DNA from: a virus
Strand: one strand, 5' to 3'
Length of the DNA: 64,000 bases
Virus record (IMG/VR): IMGVR_UViG_3300031951_000093
Span: 1 to 64,000 of that record
Shown here: piece after piece, positions 19,186 to 30,256 of the stretch
How positions within the stretch are numbered: the stretch's first letter is position 1
Layout of the letters: every line of letters begins with the position of its first letter
Notes under the pieces: model-generated
What the model saw: the letters and a program-made list of their open reading frames with translations, nothing else
Told to the model about the DNA's origin: nothing
Database searches by the model: none
Made by a program: the position numbers and the translations under genes

Positions 19186-21887
19186 GGTCGTGGGGATAGG
19201 GTTTGCGTCGGGCTTTGTCCGCCTGACTCCCGAATCATATGCGCAGGATGCGACGGGATGGGTGGCCCTGTAACACTCTGTTGTAATCCCCTACCAGTCT
19301 CCGATCTCATGGCACAGGCAATCCGCTTTCCAAGCGATCAAGAACGGCAGGATCTACATAGAAAACCTCCCCTCCTTTGTACAGACACGCTTGTCCAGGG
19401 CGTGGGCCTGGTTGGATCGGGGGAATCAACCGCTCTGCGTCTGCGAGCTGCCTTAAAAATTCTTCAGGGCTAATGCCGCGTGAGGGGTTCATGGGTTGGC
19501 GTTTGGCGTTGGTGGGGTCAGTCATTGGCATTCTCCTTTTCGTTCTCAAAACGATTCAAAGCTACAAAAAGATACTCAGGTATTTCTTCCCACCAACAAT
19601 TGTCGTAATTCTCAATGCCCCAGTAAAAACGACCGCCTTCTTGTTTTACCTCAAGGTTGCCATAGTAGTTGCCAATAGTCCCAACTTTTCTTATGTTAGC
19701 CATCGGCCTGCTTCTTGCCTGCCAGTGCGTCACACACGGCCTGCTGATTGGCCGCCACAGCAAGAAGCTCACGCCGGATCTTGCGGCGCTCGCCCTGGCG
19801 CTGGTGATGCGCATCAGCATAAAAGGCCGGAAGATTCTCCTCTTCAGGGAGAACCGCGTCTACCACCAGGCGTATCAGGGGCGCGTAATCGACGGGGGCG
19901 GGGGTGGTCATGAGGGGGCGTGGCGGATTAAAGTGTTGTTGAGTTAAGAAGAATCATTACAACCGCTAAAGACAGTAATTTTATCGGAGGCTGATTTGTG
20001 CTTCCATGTAAAATCCAATTAAGAATAAACATGGAAATACAAAAGGCGGCAAGTGATTTTAGCAGCCAACTAAGAATCCTGAGGAATTTAAGAAAATCCA
20101 TAGTGCGGTGGGGTGGTGTGGTGAATAGATAGCGCATTCTGCGCAGCATCAGCGGCAAGAGAAACGCGCCGATAAGCAGGGCTCCAGCCCCCGCGGCTTC
20201 GGATGTGATCTGCGGCTTCGATTAGGGCAAAGTGAGCGGCTTGCAGGGCTTTTCTTAGATCGGCGGCGGTTGCGTTGGCTGCCATTGGGAAGATGCGGTG
20301 GGGTAGGGTGGGGTGGGGTGATGTGGCGCCATCACAGATGTCACCAGTATTCATCTCGCTCTCTAAACCAGCGCTTAACATGACGTTGAATGCGACGGCA
20401 CTTTTCCTGGCCCTTTCCTGCTACCAGGGGAGGATTGCAAGACTCAGGGCTAAACCTATGACACGAGCCAAGCGGAACCGGATGAATTGACGGCCAGTCA
20501 ATCCATGGCCAAGCCATAGTTCTTGCAAAGGATTGGGCGGCAGATTGACAGGCAAAAAGATAATCGGCGTGTTCTGTTTCAACAACGTAAATAGGCTTGA
20601 TCATTAGAGGATGTGCGGTGGCGTGATGTGAGCCGTCGGAATAGGCCCGGCGGATGATAATCAAGAATGCCAAAAGTCAAGGCTTTCTTCGTCTTGATAC
20701 CCTTTTCTAAAAGTTCCGGGGGGCAGTGGAAAAATAATCCCCCAAAAACCTTTGTTATAGTCTGAGCGCGTTACTACAAATACTTCTATTTTTTCATCTT
20801 CAAGATCTGGAAAATCTTGCTTGGCTTGTGCCGCTAATTTGTTAATAAAAACTATATCATGTCGATAGCTGTTAAAAGACATAATAATTCCTTCGCAGCT
20901 AGACCGATTGTGAAGAATTCGCTTGTCGTAAGCCATGATCTTGGGTGTGTGGGGTGGCGTGATGTGAGCCGTTGGAATAGGCCCGGCGGATGGTGGTGTC
21001 AGGAATTAACGAATACTGGCCGCTCGCAATTTTCAACGGCCCAGCGTAGCCAATAGGCCAGCCATTCGCCACGGCACAAATTGGGGTCATAGCGAGGATC
21101 ATCAACGTAGTCATCAGGGTTATACCAGTTGATGTCATTTTTCTCGATACCCTCTTTCAATGGCGCATACTGAGCGATATGATCTGGATGCTTTGCTTTG
21201 TAAGCGGCAAGACGGCGCTCAACTTCTTCAACATGCTCAATGGTAATCGGCGCCGCTCTTGAGTATTCAGACATTAACGGATACCGCGTATTTCCATTGA
21301 TTTCTGTTTCATCTGATCCACCGTTTTTGCTGTCAAACATGATATGCAGCAAGCCAAGGCTTTTCATGCTTTTGTGCCAACCCTTATAAGATGGCCATCT
21401 TTGATTTTCGCAGTCAGTCGGTTCGCCATAGGCTGGAGCATCATCGTGCCTGACTAATTTGCAATTAATTTCTACAGATTCTTCATTGTAATCTATTGAT
21501 GCTTCTCCGATTCGCAAGTTGTGTCCCATGGGTGCGTGCGCAATGGAATAGTGTGCCGAGAATGCCGACAATCTGGCAGGCTCTCGGCGGGCCAGGGCCT
21601 AAGCCCGGAGGAGGCGGTTGCCTCCCAATGCACACACCCTAACCCCTGCCATCGTGATCTGCGCTGATCCCGTCAAGCATTTCACAATCTGTAACAATTG
21701 CCAGGCATGTTTCAAATTGCAACAGCATAACCACAAGCGGCGCACATGTGCCATATAATGATTTTCGAGGGGGAGACACCTCGCAAAACATAGTCCTCCG
21801 GTAACAGCTCACACGGCCGGATACCAATCGAGAGCAACATGGCCTGAATAAGCCTCTATTGCTGGTTGGGCCGGCATTAAATTTTTG

Positions 21888-22358
21888 TTATGATTTTGAA
21901 GTAATTTGTGATGCCTCTCCACGCTTCGCCATGCGATCATAAAGAATTACATTAACAGTTGCAGCTAAATTCATGCAATAATGTGTAGGAACATATATTA
22001 TATCCTGGCACCATTCAATGGTTTTGATTCCCAGTGTGCTATCTTCCGGGCCAAAAATATAAAACGCACGCTCAGGGTGAGTGTATTCAGGTAATGGTGT
22101 TGCGCCATCAATTAAATCAACCGCTACAGGCACAGCGCCATAAGGTACAACATCGCGCAGATCAGTGCATTCAATTAGTGGTGTATGGCGATGCTGTTTT
22201 TGTGTATCTACACAAGAAGGGCTAAACCTTTTGCCGGATATACATATAAGCGATGCACCATAACAACCTGCGGCACGCAATACACTACCTACATTAGCTG
22301 CTGTTTTAGGCTGATGAAGACCAATCGCAGCATAACCACGATGAAGGTTTGTGATCAT
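21888..22358 (-). CDS. SpoU/TrmH-family RNA methyltransferase
   Basis: PKTAANVGSVLRAA, YIFGPED and CMNLAATVNVILYDR SPOUT motifs. Confidence 0.88.
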   Translation of the reverse strand: MITNLHRGYAAIGLHQPKTAANVGSVLRAAGCYGASLICISGKRFSPSCVDTQKQHRHTPLIECTDLRDVVPYGAVPVAVDLIDGATPLPEYTHPERAFYIFGPEDSTLGIKTIEWCQDIIYVPTHYCMNLAATVNVILYDRMAKRGEASQITSKS

Positions 22359-22505
22359 TAGTTGAAGCGTTAAAAATGCAATCTACAGTGATCAGCGCTT
22401 TGCCGGCAAAATCCGTAACACATCGTTACGCTGCGCATTGCAGTGATCTGTTACAATAGAACACGAGTCACAGCACTAGCCACTCAGAACCCTGCCTTCT
22501 CCCTT

Positions 22506-23231
22506 ATGGATCCACGTTTTCGCGTTGAAATCATCGCTCAAACGCCTAATCCCCAGCAGTGCATGTATGCCGCAATGCATCAGGATTATAGTGAAGGTTT
22601 TGTGTATGATGAGCGTGATAAATGGCCGGATGAAACTAAAGCTGGGGAGATCTGTGTTAAGCGATTATTGAATGGAGAACGTGGGCATTATGGAATACTG
22701 GAGCATCAGCAAATTATCCTTAATTGTGGGTACTTTCCCCATTCCGTAATGCAGCAAGCTCGGACACACAGGGTAGGCGTAAGTATGGATTGTCAGTCGA
22801 TGCGTTATACTGGAGATCGTATCTGCAGAGCTGCTAGTGGCGAATTACATCTTGAAGATGTATTCTATTTGCGGCCATTGGGTCATTATACTGACCGTCA
22901 AGGCAAAAAATATGAATACACACACAATCAGCGCGGAGAAGATCTTCATATCTGCAGCGTCGCTGCTGAACGCTATCGCAACCTAATCGAAGCCGGATAC
23001 GCTGAAGAACACGCACGCGGAATCCTTCCCTTTGATTATAGGCAGCACTTTGTAGTTAGCTTTAATGCGCGATCATTTATGCACTTCCTTGATTTGCGTG
23101 CAAAATTAGATGCTCAGCTAGAAATCAGACAGCTTTGTGATCTGATGTGGCCGCATTTCAAGGCTTGGGTGCCGCAAATTGCGGAATGGTATGAAAAGGC
23201 GCGATTGCATAAGGCACGGTTGGCGCCATAA
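22506..23231 (+). CDS. thyX: FAD-dependent thymidylate synthase
   Basis: GHYGILEH, QQARTHR..S...QSMRY, EHARGILP, HFLDLR and AQLEIRQL. Confidence 0.93.
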   Translation: MDPRFRVEIIAQTPNPQQCMYAAMHQDYSEGFVYDERDKWPDETKAGEICVKRLLNGERGHYGILEHQQIILNCGYFPHSVMQQARTHRVGVSMDCQSMRYTGDRICRAASGELHLEDVFYLRPLGHYTDRQGKKYEYTHNQRGEDLHICSVAAERYRNLIEAGYAEEHARGILPFDYRQHFVVSFNARSFMHFLDLRAKLDAQLEIRQLCDLMWPHFKAWVPQIAEWYEKARLHKARLAP

Positions 23232-23498
23232 GGATTGTTTCAATTTGTAACCGCTTAGGTGATGGCGTGCAAGGCAGGCTTATGATTGCGTGTGAAGGGC
23301 GGCACAGATTTATGGCTGCCTTCTTTTGAAAAGCATCATGAATTCACAAGCCTTAAAAAAAGGAATCATTTGCTGGGTTTCTACCGTAACCGGCAAGACT
23401 GGGCATGGTAAACCGCTATCTCTTGAGGATGCCAATCGCCTGGCTCGCCAAGCCAACGCAAAAAATCCCCTAATTATTTACACAGTCAAAGAGGTGCA

Positions 23499-24143
23499 AT
23501 GACAACTCACAAATTTAGCAACATGACTCACGCTATGCCATCAGAATTGCGTCGATTTGTTGATTTTCTTGCCGCCAACCCATCACCAGTTGATGTAGTT
23601 GAAGGCAAATTTTATATGGTGCCTTGTGTAGCGCAGCCGAAGAATGCCATGCCAAATGATCATCCTGCTTATGTTCCGCTAATCGGAACTGTGCACGAAG
23701 ATCGAGACGTGATTGGGTTTGATCCCTGGCATGTGCATGTAGACACTAGATTTATCACATATAAACGTCATTACTTAGCCTATCGTAACCTTGGTTATCC
23801 AGTTAGCCTAACCAATCATCCATGGCTGACCGAAAAATGGCCCGAAGAAGAGCTTAATCCATGGGCTTATTCAGAGCTATCAGTAAGACGCTTTAAAGCT
23901 CGCCGATCAGCACCGCCCTGGATGCCGCCAAATGCTGCTAGATGGCAACGCGATCTAGAAGACGCCTACGCTGGCGCTAGCGCCGCGTGTGGCGTCTGCC
24001 CCCACCGTCAACTCCCGCTGGCCGCTGGCCGCGACGTGGGCAATGGTGTGCGCCAATGTTCTGGTCATGGGCTGTGCTGGAATCGTGATGGGCGCATGGT
24101 GCGCCAGGTGGCATCGCAAGCTGTTCAAATTCGTTGGTGTTGA
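23499..24143 (+). CDS. protein with C-terminal Rieske-like [2Fe-2S] motif
   Basis: CPHRQLPL...CSGHGLCW = CxH...CxxH. Confidence 0.6.
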   Translation: MTTHKFSNMTHAMPSELRRFVDFLAANPSPVDVVEGKFYMVPCVAQPKNAMPNDHPAYVPLIGTVHEDRDVIGFDPWHVHVDTRFITYKRHYLAYRNLGYPVSLTNHPWLTEKWPEEELNPWAYSELSVRRFKARRSAPPWMPPNAARWQRDLEDAYAGASAACGVCPHRQLPLAAGRDVGNGVRQCSGHGLCWNRDGRMVRQVASQAVQIRWC

Positions 24144-24310
24144 TTTTGTAAGAAGCCATGATTACTTTGCAAATGCTCAGTGCATTCGATAGGTTAATCA
24201 CAAAGCCTGCTGGCCACCGTGGCTTGACTTGTTACAAGGCTTAACATTTGCAAAATGTTAAGGGCACCAATTCAGAATTGAACTATCCACATTATAGCAC
24301 AAATCAGCCA

Positions 24311-24751
24311 TCACTCTTCCAGTGCGATCAAAGTAATCAAAACCCCCGGCAACTCACTACCAACACAATAGCGCTTGCTCGTATTACCATCTACAATATA
24401 GCTATCGTCTTTGTAAAGCACACCCGTCAAAGCATCGCTTATTCCACGCAATAACTTATCCCTGTCGGGGCGTGTCTTCATGTATTTAGGCGCATTAGGC
24501 TTCAGCCCTTTCTTGTTGAAATGTGACCTAGGTCTTTGAAATATAAAAACAGCGCTCATTGATACGGCACCTTCTATCATTGCAATATCAAGATCAATAG
24601 CTACACTTGTGACAAGATCGCGCCATTCTTCTAGTTGTTTGCATGTTTCAATCAATATAGCTCTACCTTCTTTATTTTTGCCAACATATTTCTTTGATCC
24701 TTGTGGCGCAGGATTCATCCCTCGCACTTCAAATGTGATTGCATTGGTCAC
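24311..24751 (-). CDS. rusA: RusA-family Holliday junction resolvase
   Basis: PAPQGSK, FQRPRSH and PDRDKLLRGISDALTGVLYKDDS. Confidence 0.88.
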   Translation of the reverse strand: MTNAITFEVRGMNPAPQGSKKYVGKNKEGRAILIETCKQLEEWRDLVTSVAIDLDIAMIEGAVSMSAVFIFQRPRSHFNKKGLKPNAPKYMKTRPDRDKLLRGISDALTGVLYKDDSYIVDGNTSKRYCVGSELPGVLITLIALEE

Positions 24752-26433
24752 TTTGTTTGACGTTCGAGTTTTGTTATTATAGCATTTTGGCGATCAATTA
24801 TTTGACTTTGCATTTTAATTGTAAATTGAGATGTTTTTACCTCTTCAGCCAGTTCTGTTAGCGCTGATCTTTGATCTTCAATATGAAGTCTCAATAACTT
24901 GCGATCTTTATTAGCTTCTTTGTATTTAAAGGCAAAGTGCTTTGCACAGCACCGATAAAGCTTGTCCATAACGAAAGTAACTCTTTCTGTGCGAAATTCA
25001 AAATGTTTTTCTATAAATTTATCAGCAAGACTTCTTATCACGCAGTCACCTATCCATCCTTGCCTGTCAAACAGATCATTATCTTCTATAATCTGCCACA
25101 TATCATCTTCTGTGGCGTTTTCTCTAATGAAATCATCAAACAAAGTCATCTGGATTGATCGCGTTGTTTTCTATTTACACTAGCACAATACAAAGCATCT
25201 ACCCAAGCCTGTAACACTTCGTCGCCATTGTGCAGCTCAATCTTCACCTGTTCATCACTCACTTGAATCAAGCTGCAAACGTCAATCATCACCCCACGAT
25301 CGGCCAACGTGGCCACCGCTGAGCCCATCTCAGCCCATGGCACAACCGCAGGAGCACCACCTAATCCGCTTGGCCATACCGAAACTAACCCCAGCCCCTT
25401 GCTACCTAAATTCGCTGCAATATCAACAGTTACAGCAGCTTCATGTTGCGGAACTATTAAGTGAATCATTGCACCTAAAATCTCCATCTTTTCCCATAAC
25501 TTATGATTGATTAAAATATCTATCATCGGCTTAACGGAATTAAACTTATCCGATGGCTTCCAGTCTTTGTTTTTTGCATAACTAATAGCAGCCGCACGCA
25601 GTAGCTTATTGCGCCCAGAAAATGAAGGCGGTAAATTATACGCTTCTGATATGATATTCATCGCAGGCATCAAGATCTTTTCTCCTGCAATATATAAGCC
25701 TTCTTCAGGCACGGGCTTTACATCATCGCCCTTAATCCATTTCACCATGGCACATCATCCTCTTTCGTGGTAGTATCTTCAACAGATCCCAGCCTTTCTT
25801 TAATAGCTGTTTCTAGCATTTCTTGCGCTAGATTTTTGTTGCGGGCGATCCATTCATAAGCCAAGGTACCCTGATGTAATAATGGTTTTTTTCCCATTGA
25901 TCCACGTAATACGCTTTCGTACATTATCTTGCCCAGTGGACCTTGCAATGGAAATTCAAGTAGTTGTTTTGTTGGTTCTATTGTTGAAATTAAAATCTTA
26001 CATTTTTCATAGTATTTGCGCCGTTCTTCTATTGTCATACTGTTTGCATTCCAGTAGGCACCAGCCGGTAGCCTGTATTCATCTGAAATGGGCATAAATT
26101 CCTCGCGCTGTGGTGATGGGTCGTGAAAAGTGTCTGGATCAGATATTCTCGTTCTCAGGTCACTTCTAAAGCCACGATTTAATACTGCTACATTATTTTG
26201 CAGTGGGTAAATATATCTAAATAGTTGCATGTGAAACGCCATGTCATCTGGTGGATTTGGATCTAGTAGCCGCTGCTTAATTGCATATTGCAAAATGAAC
26301 GGATTCAACTCTACAACCACCTTATCTGATAATTGCACATACATCTTGGCTAAAGTCGTTGTAGATAACTGCCGCATCTTCGGCAACATTTCTAATGCGC
26401 AAGCAATCAACCCGGTGAAGTCTTCTTCACTGA

Positions 26434-27141
26434 TCATGTCGGGAATTGTTGTAGGATTTGACCATCAAGCAAGCATCCACCTTTATCGCCTGATCTGCCG
26501 CCATTTTGCTTGTGCCAATAGGCAACATTATGCTCGGCGCATTGATCTCTTAATGATCTAAACCAATTTATATCAGCAGGTCTTGCGTTAGGGCCGGATT
26601 CGCCGCCGCTGATAACCCAATTGATTTGGCTCATATATTCCACCGGAATAATCACTTTGCTCAACAATGGTTCAGCACTAATAAAGCGCACTTTTGCTGG
26701 AGTATAACTCAGATAATGAATTCGTTGCAGGCACAAATAACTCTGCTTTTCGCAGCTTACGCCAAGCCATACGTTATCCCATCCTTCACCCCAGTCGTCA
26801 GGCAGATGATCATGTATACGATGCGCTCTTTTTGTCAGAATTTGATATGTCAAGTGTGGCGTGCGCCTAATTATATCCCATGCTTCATCGCGCCATTTAT
26901 CCGCATCAACATGAAAAAAGTCACTCCAGCTACACGTAAAGACCTTCGCCGGATCTTTCCATTTTAATGGCTTATTAAATGTAGTTGGCGCACTTCTTGT
27001 TACAACATTAGACTTAATCCCCCATCGCCCTTCGCGTTCTGTAAACATATAACAATTATCGCAGCCTGAACTAACTTTGTTACATCCTTGCCATGGGTTC
27101 CATGTGTGATCCGTCCACGAAATGGCTGTGTTTTGACCCAT
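26434..27141 (-). CDS. DUF5131 (phage Gp37/Gp68, radical-SAM-like) protein
   Basis: WTDHTWNPWQGCNKVSSGCDNCY, YQILTKR, ISAEPLL and WVISGGESG. Confidence 0.9.
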   Translation of the reverse strand: MGQNTAISWTDHTWNPWQGCNKVSSGCDNCYMFTEREGRWGIKSNVVTRSAPTTFNKPLKWKDPAKVFTCSWSDFFHVDADKWRDEAWDIIRRTPHLTYQILTKRAHRIHDHLPDDWGEGWDNVWLGVSCEKQSYLCLQRIHYLSYTPAKVRFISAEPLLSKVIIPVEYMSQINWVISGGESGPNARPADINWFRSLRDQCAEHNVAYWHKQNGGRSGDKGGCLLDGQILQQFPT

Positions 27142-28340
27142 CAAACAGCACCTTGAGAAAGTGACGTGCAATCCATCATAGCAAAAAACTCAGCCTCCTC
27201 GCGTGCCTGACGTTCTTTAAGTTTTTTTACGATTTGTGAAGCTTCGTGTGCTTTCTCTAAGACATCTTGACGACCATATCTTTGGCGTGGTTTAGATGAT
27301 CCACCGCCCATCTTAATGAAGTTATTTAGAGTAATCGACATCCAGCCTTTGCCGTTGATTCTTGCTTTTATTCCAAGGTCACACTGCTCTGATACAGCAT
27401 CTAAACCACCGTTTACAAAGTCATTGATTTTTGTTAACTCTTGAATCAAAAGAGACCATGCTTGAGGTGTTTTTTTGCCTGCTTTATGCTGCCAAAATGC
27501 TATAATTTTTTCAGAAACCGGAAGCAGCGCCGCCGGAACGTCATCGTTATTAGGGCAAAAAACGGCCGATTTTGCCTTTGAGGCCTGCTTTTTGACAGGG
27601 GCCTCTGAGGGGCCTTCTAGGGGCCTTGGCTGGCCCCAGGGTGGTATGGGCTGCTGAGGCTGTTTTTGGACGCTCAGGGGCGATTCTGGAGGGGTCTGAG
27701 GAGCTCGTGGCTCCAGAAACGATGGATCGCTGATCAGGAAGGTGGGCATGATGGGGTTTTCCACAGGGTTTTCCACAGGTTGGGGAGAAGGGGCTTTTTC
27801 CACGTGGCCGGGCGGTGTGTCGCTGACCGAAGGTCGGCGGGGCTGTTCCGAGCCGTGGGGGGGCGCAAAAGGGGGGTCTTGGTTTTTAAGTTTTGTTCTT
27901 GTTAAAGGCTTCTTGTTAGTGTCCCCCCCCATTTGGGGGAGGGGACCCCTCCCCTGTTTGGGGGATCCCCCATTTGGGGGAGGGGTCCCCCGTTTGGGGG
28001 AGGGGTGTGATCGCGGTCTGATGCGTTCCGATCGGACGTGATAAACCGTTGCAAATCCAGGCCGCTCATGTTTTTCGATCCAACCCTGATCCACTAGGAC
28101 CCGCAGGGATCTGCGAATGTCGTCACCCTTCATTCCGCACTCCTGCTCAAGCCTGGCGATCGTTGGGAACGCAGCGTCTGCGATGCCGGCATGATGCCAA
28201 AGCCAGCCGTAGACGAAGACCAATCCCTTTCTGTCTCGTGCTGCTGTTAGCAGGTCCAACGGTACCTGCACAAATGCCGATCGCGTCAGTTGATCGCGGA
28301 GGTTGCCGTCGCCAGTTGTAGACGGTTTCGATGTTTTCAT
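27141..28340 (-). CDS. replication initiator (N-terminal HTH, lambda O-like organisation)
   Basis: AFPTIARL..ECGM...IRRSLRVLVDQGWI winged-HTH; internal iteron repeats. Confidence 0.7.
   Translation of the reverse strand: MKTSKPSTTGDGNLRDQLTRSAFVQVPLDLLTAARDRKGLVFVYGWLWHHAGIADAAFPTIARLEQECGMKGDDIRRSLRVLVDQGWIEKHERPGFATVYHVRSERIRPRSHPSPKRGTPPPNGGSPKQGRGPLPQMGGDTNKKPLTRTKLKNQDPPFAPPHGSEQPRRPSVSDTPPGHVEKAPSPQPVENPVENPIMPTFLISDPSFLEPRAPQTPPESPLSVQKQPQQPIPPWGQPRPLEGPSEAPVKKQASKAKSAVFCPNNDDVPAALLPVSEKIIAFWQHKAGKKTPQAWSLLIQELTKINDFVNGGLDAVSEQCDLGIKARINGKGWMSITLNNFIKMGGGSSKPRQRYGRQDVLEKAHEASQIVKKLKERQAREEAEFFAMMDCTSLSQGAV
27757..28007. repeat. putative replication origin: DnaA boxes plus G/C-rich iterons
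   Basis: TTTTCCACA at 27757 and 27769, TTTTCCACG at 27796; four CCCC-N1-2-TTTGGGGGA units at about 27925-28007. Confidence 0.7.
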
Positions 28341-29288
28341 GGTAAAATCACCTTAGTTCTGTTTTCATGCAAGCTCCTTTCAGTCGGCAAAACTGAATCG
28401 GGAGCATCCGAGCCTACGGTTTGCGCCGTAGGCTTTTTCATCTTAGCAGCCTTTTGAGATCTGCGTAACGATTCGTAACGAGTTGCGCAAGGCTTGTGGT
28501 TGGGTGCTATGGTTTTGGTTGAGTTGAATTTTCTTGATGGATCGATCTGAAATTCTTTCATGGGTCTTTGCGCTATCGATTCTCTTTTCAATCATTTCCT
28601 CGGCTCACTTGATTGGCGCTTTTAATGAAGCATCCGCATTTAATCGCTTTACAACAGGGCCAAAAGCTACCGTTTGGGATGCGTTGTTTCTTGAGCTTCG
28701 CGTAGAAGCACAGTGCAATAATCAAAAGCCTTGAAATGGAAAGCTTTGTAAACTTAATCCCCATCGCATCGCGTGATGCCTTATGGTGGTGGTTGCTTCT
28801 TTCAGCTTCATTGCTTTTGTTGAGTTCTGTTTATGATGACTGATCTAACGCCTGAGCGAATTCGCGCCATAGATGACTACAGGCTTAAAAAAGAAAAGCT
28901 TTGGCAGGCTGAGGATGAGCTTGCTTTAGCAGCATTAGAATGTCGATCAAGCGGGATTAATCCTGAATTTATCACTGAAACCGGCTACGGACCAAAATGA
29001 TTAAACTTCTTGCCGCCGTTATTGGCGGTGCTTTATCAATCGTTGTACTAATTGCTCCTGGTTATGCACCTGCTTGGTTAATTTTTTTGCACTGGCTGCT
29101 TGCAGTTTGTCAGTGGACACTTGTTTTTTGGATTATTTCTTTAATTAAGGCAAGCAAAAATGACTAACGGATTTTCCGCCGTTTTTGCCTTTCTCCTATT
29201 TCTTGCGGGATCAATGTCAATTGTATGCACCGCTGCTTTTGTGCTTATGAAAATAACTGAAGATCCCAGGGAATAACAGCTACAAAAA

Positions 29289-29361
29289 GGCGGCCTAGCA
29301 ATCTGGAGAATGCAGTGGCCTCATAAGCCTCCGAAGGTGGGTCCGATTCCCACGGCCGCCA
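29289..29361 (+). tRNA. tRNA with CAT anticodon (Met or Ile2)
   Basis: GGCGGCC/GGCCGCC acceptor stem, CTCATAA anticodon loop, GTGGG/CCCAC T-stem; atypical T-loop. Confidence 0.75.
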
Positions 29362-29536
29362 TTACAACTCATGACAAGCTCATGACAAGTGCAAAACCCT
29401 TGCACCACAACAGATCTCAAGGATTTTCAAACCTGATCTGATGGCGATTTTTAGCACTTGCGATACTGCTTTAATGCCAGGCCGCTTGCGATTTGTTGCA
29501 TTTTATGCCAAGATCATAGAAATTTAATTTCATGAC

Positions 29537-30256
29537 ATGGCAAAAAGTAATGTTTGGGATATAAATTGCGGCCATAGTTCACGGAATAAAGAAAGCAAAG
29601 AAGCTTATCGGCGCTTTAGGATTTACCTTGAGATGGGTCCATCGCGTAACGTAAACAAGCTGTCTTCGATATTGAAAATACCAAGACAAAATCTTTATGT
29701 TCAAGCAAAAACATATAGCTGGGCCGATAGAGTCGAAGCCTATGATACTTATATCGCAAAAGCGAATCAAATAGATAGCATGAATAAAATGGTGGATGGC
29801 CTATCGCCATTACCTGAAGTTAATGTTTTGACGCCAGATCCTGAAGTAATAAACCCTGACGTGATTGACTATAATGCAATGACGGCAAAACCAGATAGGC
29901 ATACGCAAGAAATTAGCTTATATCAAAGACAATTTAAGGGCATTGGTCAAAGTTTAGCTAATGAAGCGCTTGCTACATTGGAACTTGCTAAAGACTGTCG
30001 GGAAGTAATTCAGCAAGATGCAGAGCGATATAAAAAAGCAGTAGAAGATGGTGCACATGACAAAGCATTAAGCATTGCAAAGCGTATATCTGAAAAGATT
30101 AAGCAATACACTATGCTTGGTGGTTTAGCTGTAAACTATGGCAACAGCAGTCGTACACTCTGGGGCGATGCGATCGGGATCAATACCGTGCTACAGTGTT
30201 TCTATACTATGCAACAAAATGTTAAGAGTGGCGCGAAGGGTGGAAAGCGTGGGTAA
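29537..30256 (+). CDS. HTH DNA-binding protein, possible terminase small subunit
   Basis: ESKEAYRRFRIYLEMGPSRN...YSWADRVEAYD pattern; the function assignment is inference. Confidence 0.45.
   Translation: MAKSNVWDINCGHSSRNKESKEAYRRFRIYLEMGPSRNVNKLSSILKIPRQNLYVQAKTYSWADRVEAYDTYIAKANQIDSMNKMVDGLSPLPEVNVLTPDPEVINPDVIDYNAMTAKPDRHTQEISLYQRQFKGIGQSLANEALATLELAKDCREVIQQDAERYKKAVEDGAHDKALSIAKRISEKIKQYTMLGGLAVNYGNSSRTLWGDAIGINTVLQCFYTMQQNVKSGAKGGKRG

Noticed and set aside
22414-22428. NtcA box upstream of thyX
   Set aside because: Spacing is GTA-N9-TAC, not the canonical GTA-N8-TAC.
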